From contig JBDHUY010000013.1 of the NCBI GenBank assembly GCA_039809385.1, positions 1 through 63,010 of the forward strand: a stretch of DNA of 63,010 bases, read 5' to 3'. Position numbers and translations under genes: made by a program. Origin of the DNA: Candidatus Altimarinota bacterium (GTDB lineage: Bacteria; Patescibacteriota; Gracilibacteria; JBDHUY01). This document shows positions 56,447-63,010 of this stretch, piece by piece. Within the stretch, counting starts at the first letter, position 1. Every line of letters begins with the position of its first letter. A model generated the notes under the pieces. It made no database searches and was not told the DNA's origin. It saw only the letters and a program-made list of their open reading frames with translations.

Positions 56447-57664
56447 ATGAACACCAGCCTGATACTGTCGGAAATGGAACAATGCCGCCAAAACAATGCA
56501 AAAATACTAACCCTGGAAGAAAACTTGGACCATATCGATTTTCCCTTCATCCATCGTGGGATGCTGGAAGACTGGCATTTTTCACTCGATGGCAACCGCC
56601 CTGATAAAAAATACGTACTGGCCATGGCCGAGTGTATGGATGACCGCAATACCCATAACCCTTTGATCTTTCTGCTCTCCCTGATCCAGAACCACAATAT
56701 TCCTATCCAGACGCTGGATGCAAAACTGCTCAAAACACTCGAAATATTTGCACCGAAAATGCTCAATAAGATCGCGGGTGCCGGCCCCTTTACCCTACGT
56801 GATATTCCCAGAGAGTATCTTCATGCGCTTTCAAAATTGTATGAAGATCATATCGTGGTTATGCCAATCACCGCCCATCTGGAATGCGGAGCTCACGGCA
56901 AGAACAACCTTCAGGCAGTCCTTAGACGGCTGCAAATTACGGGTGAGATCTACGACTATCATTTACCCAACCTGATTCCGATTCCGATGATCAGCTTTAC
57001 CAACGAAGACCACCGTCTGATGGTGCTCGATTCATACGAGGAAGTGCTCGATCTAGTCAGTAAATTCGCCGATAAAAGCGAAGATCTGGACGAATTGCAA
57101 ACGATGTTCCTGCGCTACGAACAGGTATTGCGAGTCAACGAAGAACTGAACCACGAAGCCAAGTTCGTCACCGAACTCCTGGGCAATATTCTAGAAAACG
57201 ACAAATCGGCCTATGTCGCGCGTTTTTTGGAACTGGACGACGGGGCAATCCGAACCCATGCAACGAAATACATTCATTCGAACATCGAAACGATCGGACT
57301 GGCCCAATACCTGCTCAACCCCGACCTTCCGCGAACCGAATATCAACATTTCGAGACAGATGTGATCGACGTTTCGCACGAGGATCGCTTCGATCAGCTT
57401 TTACGGGAAATAGAGGTAGCCCTACACTACACGAATGAACATGACCAGGGGACCGATCCCACCCGCTGGCATATCAACATCAGAAGCGACAATCCGAACA
57501 AACAACTATTTCTGGACCGGCTGCGGCAAGAATTCGGCAATACGAACAATCCGGCCGCTCAGAATGTCAAAGCCGATATCATGTCCGGGAAGATCATCCC
57601 TTTTATGAATGAATTCGATCACCGCAACAGATTGCTCACGTCCGAGGTTATCGAAGTATTGTAA
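56447..57664 (+). CDS. Hypothetical protein with beta-carbonic-anhydrase-like Zn motifs
   Basis: ECMDDR (CxDxR) and AHLECGA (HxxC). Confidence 0.6.
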   Translation: MNTSLILSEMEQCRQNNAKILTLEENLDHIDFPFIHRGMLEDWHFSLDGNRPDKKYVLAMAECMDDRNTHNPLIFLLSLIQNHNIPIQTLDAKLLKTLEIFAPKMLNKIAGAGPFTLRDIPREYLHALSKLYEDHIVVMPITAHLECGAHGKNNLQAVLRRLQITGEIYDYHLPNLIPIPMISFTNEDHRLMVLDSYEEVLDLVSKFADKSEDLDELQTMFLRYEQVLRVNEELNHEAKFVTELLGNILENDKSAYVARFLELDDGAIRTHATKYIHSNIETIGLAQYLLNPDLPRTEYQHFETDVIDVSHEDRFDQLLREIEVALHYTNEHDQGTDPTRWHINIRSDNPNKQLFLDRLRQEFGNTNNPAAQNVKADIMSGKIIPFMNEFDHRNRLLTSEVIEVL

Positions 57665-57941
57665 ATCCGGATGATAAGACAATTCATCGGCATAATAAGA
57701 AAAATTTCAAATATCAAAGCCCAAATACCAAAAGAATGCCAAATATCAAAGTTCAAAAAAACTGCGCCAAGCAATTAGGAGGCATAACTGCTACTTTTGA
57801 TATTGGATATTTGAGCTGTGAACTTCTTTTGTCGCATGTCATGGCAACATGCCATGATTTTTGATTTTAATTTTGGCATTATCTAGTCAATATTACAAAA
57901 TAGATGCATACTACTTTGAAGTAGAAATGGTATTAGGTGTT

Positions 57942-58211
57942 CTACAACTTCGGAAGAGTAAGTATCTCATTAAGCCGCTGAAAAATACGTTCCTTGTCAA
58001 TTGTGATCTTCAAACTACGGGAAAAAGGATTATCGTTTCGTTTTTGCAAACGGCTCAGACAGGCTTGGCTGCGGCACAGATAAACGCTCCGGCCAAATGC
58101 AGTTTTCGCAATCGCAACCTGTTCATCTGCCAACCGGGTAATAGCAATAAGTTCGTTTTTGGCGAAAATACGACGGCAGGCGATACAGGTACGCATAGGA
58201 ACATGCGTCAT
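57942..58211 (-). CDS. ylxR: YlxR/DUF448 RNA-binding protein
   Basis: HVPMRTCIACR..K.ELI..GRSVYLC...C. Confidence 0.9.
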   Translation of the reverse strand: MTHVPMRTCIACRRIFAKNELIAITRLADEQVAIAKTAFGRSVYLCRSQACLSRLQKRNDNPFSRSLKITIDKERIFQRLNEILTLPKL

Positions 58212-58212
58212 A

Positions 58213-59490
58213 CTAAAACATATCACGAAACAAAATACGAGTCTTGCCAATCATTACCGGCGTACCATCCCGGGCTCCCTGGCGCAAGAGTTCACGACTG
58301 ATCCCCATTTTCATAAAGACATCGTAGATACGCTCCAAAGCTTCGGGATTGCCGGGGGGGGACATGCGTACGATCTGTTCGATCCGTTTCCCCCGAATCA
58401 CAAAGAAACCGCGTTTTTTCTCGACCGCAAAGTACTTAGGATCTTCCAGATGGGGACGGAAAATACGAAAATCGGCGCCGGCCTTTTCGGCAACGGGAAC
58501 AGGAGTGGCTTTTTCACTTAGCAGGCTAATAAGCTGGTCCAGCAGCTGCGATACGCCCATTCCGGTCGCCGCCGAGAGCAAGACGGGTTGTATCTTCTTT
58601 TTGGCGAATTTCCGTAACAGGATATCCAATTCTTCGGAAAGCAAAAGATCGGTCTTATTAAGCGCCACGATCTGCGGCTTATGCTCCAGTTCGTGTTTAT
58701 ATTTTTTGAGTTCGCCCGCAATCGACGTATAGGCTTTTACCGGATCTTCGCCCCGTGCATCCACCAGATGCAATAAAACCCCGGTCCGTTCGATATGCTG
58801 CAAGAAACGAATTCCCAATCCTTTCCCTTTGGAAGCACCGGGGATAAGACCGGGGGTGTCGGCCACCACGAAACTTTTACCCTTATGATCAACGATCCCT
58901 AAATTGGGAATCAGGGTAGTAAAAGGATAATCCGCGATTTTGGGACGGGCGGCAGAGATATGGCTGATCAGCGTCGATTTTCCGGCGTTGGGCAGCCCTA
59001 CGATCCCGACATCGGCGATGAGTTTCAAAGTCAGTATAATATTTTTTACTTCTCCTTCGTCACCCAGTTCGGCAAATTTGGGAGCCTGGCGGGTACTGGA
59101 GACGAAATGCGCATTGCCGTATCCTCCCCGTCCCCCGGCAGCCACGATATACTGCTCGTGCGGAGTAATAAAATCGTGTAGTATTTCTTTCGTTTTCGCA
59201 TCGGTAACGAGCGTCCCGGCAGGAACTTTCAAAATCAAGGGTTCAGCCCCCTTACCGGCCAGTTTCTTGCCTTGCCCCTTTATGCCGTCGGCAGCGGCAA
59301 ATACTTTTTTGCCGCGAAAATGAGACAACGTATCGAGATTATTCTCGGACAAAAGTATCACATCGCCACCCTGGCCGCCATTTCCACCGTCGGGACCGCC
59401 AAAAGGAATATATTTTTCACGTCGAAACGAGACAGCTCCGTTGCCGCCTTTACCACCTTTGACTGTAATAAGGACTTCATCGACAAACAT
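58213..59490 (-). CDS. obgE: GTPase Obg
   Basis: FRREKYIPFGGPDGGNGG, GLPNAGKST, DYPFTT, DTPG, NKTD; C-terminal OCT domain. Confidence 0.97.
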   Translation of the reverse strand: MFVDEVLITVKGGKGGNGAVSFRREKYIPFGGPDGGNGGQGGDVILLSENNLDTLSHFRGKKVFAAADGIKGQGKKLAGKGAEPLILKVPAGTLVTDAKTKEILHDFITPHEQYIVAAGGRGGYGNAHFVSSTRQAPKFAELGDEGEVKNIILTLKLIADVGIVGLPNAGKSTLISHISAARPKIADYPFTTLIPNLGIVDHKGKSFVVADTPGLIPGASKGKGLGIRFLQHIERTGVLLHLVDARGEDPVKAYTSIAGELKKYKHELEHKPQIVALNKTDLLLSEELDILLRKFAKKKIQPVLLSAATGMGVSQLLDQLISLLSEKATPVPVAEKAGADFRIFRPHLEDPKYFAVEKKRGFFVIRGKRIEQIVRMSPPGNPEALERIYDVFMKMGISRELLRQGARDGTPVMIGKTRILFRDMF

Positions 59491-59846
59491 GGGAAGAAGA
59501 AAGTATTATGTATTTGGTATAAAGTATCTGGTATAAGCCCTTGAAAGCATTGAGTGACGAGCAGTCACAATGAAAACTGAAAAATGCAAAACTTGTTCTG
59601 AGGAGGAAGGACGAATGAATGTAACGTGGCAGACAATTAATTCCGCAGTTTCCCATGAATCATTGCCTTCCCCTAGCTCCTAACTTCTATACTCTATATT
59701 CTATCTTCTAAGTTCTTGTTTTGCTGTAAACCCCAACGGGCCCCTTGCGGGGCTGTAAGCTCGTAGTACTGTCACTCTGAGCGAAGCGAAGAGTCCCTAC
59801 TCCCCCAGCTTACCGTACCTTTTCTTTTCTCACAAATCGGTTTTAT

Positions 59847-60314
59847 ATGAAAATAGACATTATCACGCTTGGCGGGCTGAAAGATATATTTTATCAGGAA
59901 GCTGCTGGGCATTACCTCAAGCTGCTGAAAGTATTTTGCGATACGAATATGATTGAACTGAAAGACGAGCCGGTCAAGAAACATACCGATCTGGAGTCCA
60001 TTCTAGCGATTGAAGCAGAAAAGATAGAACGTTCTCTCAAGCATGGTCGGCCCTGCATCGTGTTGGACGAGAAGGGGAAATCGATGAATTCTGTGCAATT
60101 CGCGCACTTTTTACAAGAATATGATCAAAATGGAGCACCGGTACAGTTTGTGATCGGCGGTGCAATGGGCTTATCAGCTTCGACCAAAACAAAGGCTACA
60201 CATCTGCTGCGCCTCTCCGACCTGACTCTCCCTCACCAGCTGGCTCGAGTGGTACTATTGGAACAATTGTACCGGGCCTTTAGCATTATGAAAGGCAAAA
60301 AATACCATTACTAG
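59847..60314 (+). CDS. rlmH: 23S rRNA m3-pseudouridine-1915 methyltransferase
   Basis: LDEKGK, FVIGGAMG, TLPHQLARVVLLEQLYRA..KYH. Confidence 0.96.
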   Translation: MKIDIITLGGLKDIFYQEAAGHYLKLLKVFCDTNMIELKDEPVKKHTDLESILAIEAEKIERSLKHGRPCIVLDEKGKSMNSVQFAHFLQEYDQNGAPVQFVIGGAMGLSASTKTKATHLLRLSDLTLPHQLARVVLLEQLYRAFSIMKGKKYHY

Positions 60315-60512
60315 AAGAAAATCAGAAGTTTGAAGAGAAAGGCTCTTCGCTTCGCTCAGAGTAACTGCATGTGCAGCTGGCAGTCTGGAAGAGCAAAGCA
60401 GGAGCTGGAAGTATATAGCTAAGAGCTAACAACTCACAGTTGACAACCAATTCAGGACAAGCTTTTTTACTTTGCATTTACTGACAGCTGACCGCCGGTC
60501 GCTCTCCGCTCC

Positions 60513-62816
60513 CTACCGTCTGTTCATCTCAAATTTCTTACTGATAGCCTGGTAGAGTTCCTGCCATTCGGGTAAAACGATTTTTCGGAAAGGCAGCATG
60601 TTTTTGATAGCCCGGTCGACGGCTTCGACCGGCAGGCGACTGATTTCCTGCACGATTTTCTGTCTGGTATTTTTATGTAAGTGGCTGAAAATTTCGGCAT
60701 AAAATGGCGTTTCTTCTTCCTGGTTGGTCATGAAATAAGCGAAGTAGCGAATAGCGATGTCGGGATTGAGGTCGGCCAGAGACTTTAACGCGGTACTTTT
60801 GATAAAATGTTCGGTTGTGTTGTCGATCGCCTGGATCAGATACCACTCCAGACGCGGAAGGTATAATTTTCCGATCAAGCGCAGCCCGATAACGCGTAAG
60901 CTTGCTTCGGAGCATTGCAGATAGTACTCGACTCGTTTCTCGATGTCGGCCTTGGTGCTTGGACTCATGCGGTATAAGGCTTTGATCGCCTGTTCTTGTA
61001 AATGGAGAGGAAGATGCGAAGCGGTCAGTTCGCAGATCTCTTTGGCATATTCGGTGGCTCGCAGTTCTTCCAGCAGCAAAATCGCCAGTTCCTGAATTTT
61101 ATGGTCACTACTTTGCAAAAAGTCCCGTGCGATCAGTTTTTTCAGTTCCTGCCGGTTCTTTGACAGCAAATGCATCGCTTCTTTCAGAAGGCTCCGCGCA
61201 CTTTTTTCGTAGACCAGATACATCAAGAGATAGGTATGATTTTGCTTGAAATTTTTAAGCGACCGAATGATCTGTTTCTTCATTTCGACCGAGCCCTTAA
61301 AAAATTCCGAAAGTAAAAAACGATGAGCGCTTTCGGTCTTCATTTCTCCCAGCGCTTTGACGGCCTTTAACTTTTTCTCTTCTTTGAGGAAAGGATAGAC
61401 CGTAATCAGGAGTTTTTCTACCACGTATCCGCGTCGTTCGGCGATCATATCCAGCACCTCGTTGCCAGGGTCTTCCTGCTTTAACTCAGTAGCGATCAAT
61501 TTGTAAGCGGTATGAGCCAGTTTCCAGCCCAGCCAGATAAAAACGGCTGCTGGAATAAGGATAAAGAAAATCAACATGTGTTGCGGCATCAGCTGAATCA
61601 GGATCGCAATGGCCAGTGCCGACAAAATGGCAGACAACGCCGAACCGATATTTTCGAGAAACGTGCGGATACTGTCGCGGTCTTTTTTGGGAACGAACGA
61701 AAAAATAAAGTTCTGCGAGGTGCGGGTATAGCTCATGGTGGTCATAAAGACGATATACCCGAAGGCTGCCAGTAAATACAGGAACGGCATGCCGATCAGC
61801 GTGCCGAAGGCCAGTACGCTCATGATCAGAAAGAGTGCCTGGCTCTGGAACAGATAGGTACGCGAAAAGCTTACTTTTTTGAGTGTCTTTTCGGCCAGAA
61901 ACAAATTGTTGATGACGCTCAGGGTGCTGCTGATACTATTTACATACCCTAAGAAGAGAGTTAGCTGGCTTCCGGAAAAATGGTCCGCCACGATCGAGTC
62001 GAACCAGAACTTGTAAAGGCCCAGACAGATCAGCTGCAGGACGCTGATCCCGAGTAAAAAGCGCACGATGCGGTATTGTCCCAGCTGGACGAAAAAGGTC
62101 TTTATCTTAGAGAATTGTTCCAGCAGTCCTTTTTGTGCTGTTTCGGTTTTTTCGGGCAACTGGTTGGCATAGAGAATAAATGCATTTTGAAAGTTCTGCG
62201 CCAGGCTTTTTTGGTCCTTCAGTAAAAGCTGTTCGTAGCGGCGGAACAGCTTTTCAAAAAATAGAATACAGACTAAGCAGACGAAGAAGAGAATCAGCAA
62301 ACTGGCAGGTCCTCCCGCAAGGGTGCTGAGTAGGCCGATGACGACTCCCGCGGCGATATTACCGAAGGAAAAAGCCAGACTCAGTCGCGGATAGACTTTT
62401 TTCAGCTCCGAGAGGGAGAACAGCTTGCTGATGAGGATATTGGATTGAACGCTAATTTGGGCCATCAGCACGCTGACCAGCACGAATCCTAAGGGAATCA
62501 GAAAGGGGATTTTTGCAACTATTCCGAGGTATACCAGGGCGAGCGTCAGGGCGAACGAGGCGACCAGCCGGTCTAAAAAGACGCTTTTTTTGTTTTTACG
62601 GAAAATATATTCGGAAATTAATACCAATCCTATGTTGAGCGTGGCGTGGACAATATTAAGTGTGGGAATGATTTTGGCTCCGAAGGTGTCCAGCACGAGG
62701 GAGTAGATCAGCGTACTGCCGGCAAACATGCCGAGGCTGGTGCAAAAGATTACCAGAAAGGCTAGCTGGAACTTGCCGATGCCGATATGTTTTAGTCGTA
62801 TGAGCGCTTTTCCCAT
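60513..62816 (-). CDS. MFS-like transporter (Npt/TLC-related) fused to HEAT repeats
   Basis: About 12 TM (KLFSLSELKKVYP..GNIAAG; FVPKKDRDSIRTFLE) followed by HEAT-like repeats (AVKALGE, AIKALY, ALKSLAD). Confidence 0.75.
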   Translation of the reverse strand: MGKALIRLKHIGIGKFQLAFLVIFCTSLGMFAGSTLIYSLVLDTFGAKIIPTLNIVHATLNIGLVLISEYIFRKNKKSVFLDRLVASFALTLALVYLGIVAKIPFLIPLGFVLVSVLMAQISVQSNILISKLFSLSELKKVYPRLSLAFSFGNIAAGVVIGLLSTLAGGPASLLILFFVCLVCILFFEKLFRRYEQLLLKDQKSLAQNFQNAFILYANQLPEKTETAQKGLLEQFSKIKTFFVQLGQYRIVRFLLGISVLQLICLGLYKFWFDSIVADHFSGSQLTLFLGYVNSISSTLSVINNLFLAEKTLKKVSFSRTYLFQSQALFLIMSVLAFGTLIGMPFLYLLAAFGYIVFMTTMSYTRTSQNFIFSFVPKKDRDSIRTFLENIGSALSAILSALAIAILIQLMPQHMLIFFILIPAAVFIWLGWKLAHTAYKLIATELKQEDPGNEVLDMIAERRGYVVEKLLITVYPFLKEEKKLKAVKALGEMKTESAHRFLLSEFFKGSVEMKKQIIRSLKNFKQNHTYLLMYLVYEKSARSLLKEAMHLLSKNRQELKKLIARDFLQSSDHKIQELAILLLEELRATEYAKEICELTASHLPLHLQEQAIKALYRMSPSTKADIEKRVEYYLQCSEASLRVIGLRLIGKLYLPRLEWYLIQAIDNTTEHFIKSTALKSLADLNPDIAIRYFAYFMTNQEEETPFYAEIFSHLHKNTRQKIVQEISRLPVEAVDRAIKNMLPFRKIVLPEWQELYQAISKKFEMNRR

Positions 62817-63010
62817 TATCCGTTTTAGGCAATAATTGTCCTATTCTTAGTATTATACAATATTTTACATGCTTTGTCTTTAAAACAAAAGTTAAACTCT
62901 AATACGAAGTGCAACTTATGATAGGATGGGGATGGGTGAAGGAAAGAATATATCCTCACTCTATCATTATGAAATCATACCATCAGATGAGTTATTCTGA
63001 ATTTATCCGG

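Noticed and set aside
1-63010. CRISPR array, DGR/retron or group II intron
   Set aside because: No regularly spaced repeats, cas genes or reverse transcriptase. The repeat pairs do not show adenine-specific mismatches.

Overview
This 63 kb window looks like a Patescibacteria (CPR) chromosome, probably Peregrinibacteria-like. That is an inference from the multiple SLH proteins, the CPR-type pilin and the many orphan ORFs. It uses genetic code 11, since RF2 is intact and TGA acts as a stop. Bases 1-5423 are a mobile element carrying a large serine recombinase (minus strand, runs off the window edge and is absent from the ORF track), an XRE/C-protein and a fused Type IIG restriction-modification enzyme. 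The main discovery is that this element is extensively self-complementary. An internal segment (1507-1702) is the reverse complement of the element's two ends joined together, i.e. an internal copy of the putative attP. More than ten long-range helices, many inside the recombinase coding sequence, meet in at least four near-perfect four-way junctions capped by short-loop hairpins, suggesting a designed single-stranded fold. The rest is housekeeping genes (rsmE, tgt, def, prfB with its +1 frameshift, rpsP, khpA, rplY, xfp, rpe, infB, tsaC, thyX, hsp20 with CIRCE, ylxR, obgE, rlmH) and surface proteins (four SLH proteins, a metalloprotease-dockerin protein). There is also a dead hicA, a candidate rod-shaped sRNA, a beta-carbonic-anhydrase-like orphan, and several families of intergenic palindromic repeats, one of which sits in frame inside the phosphoketolase.
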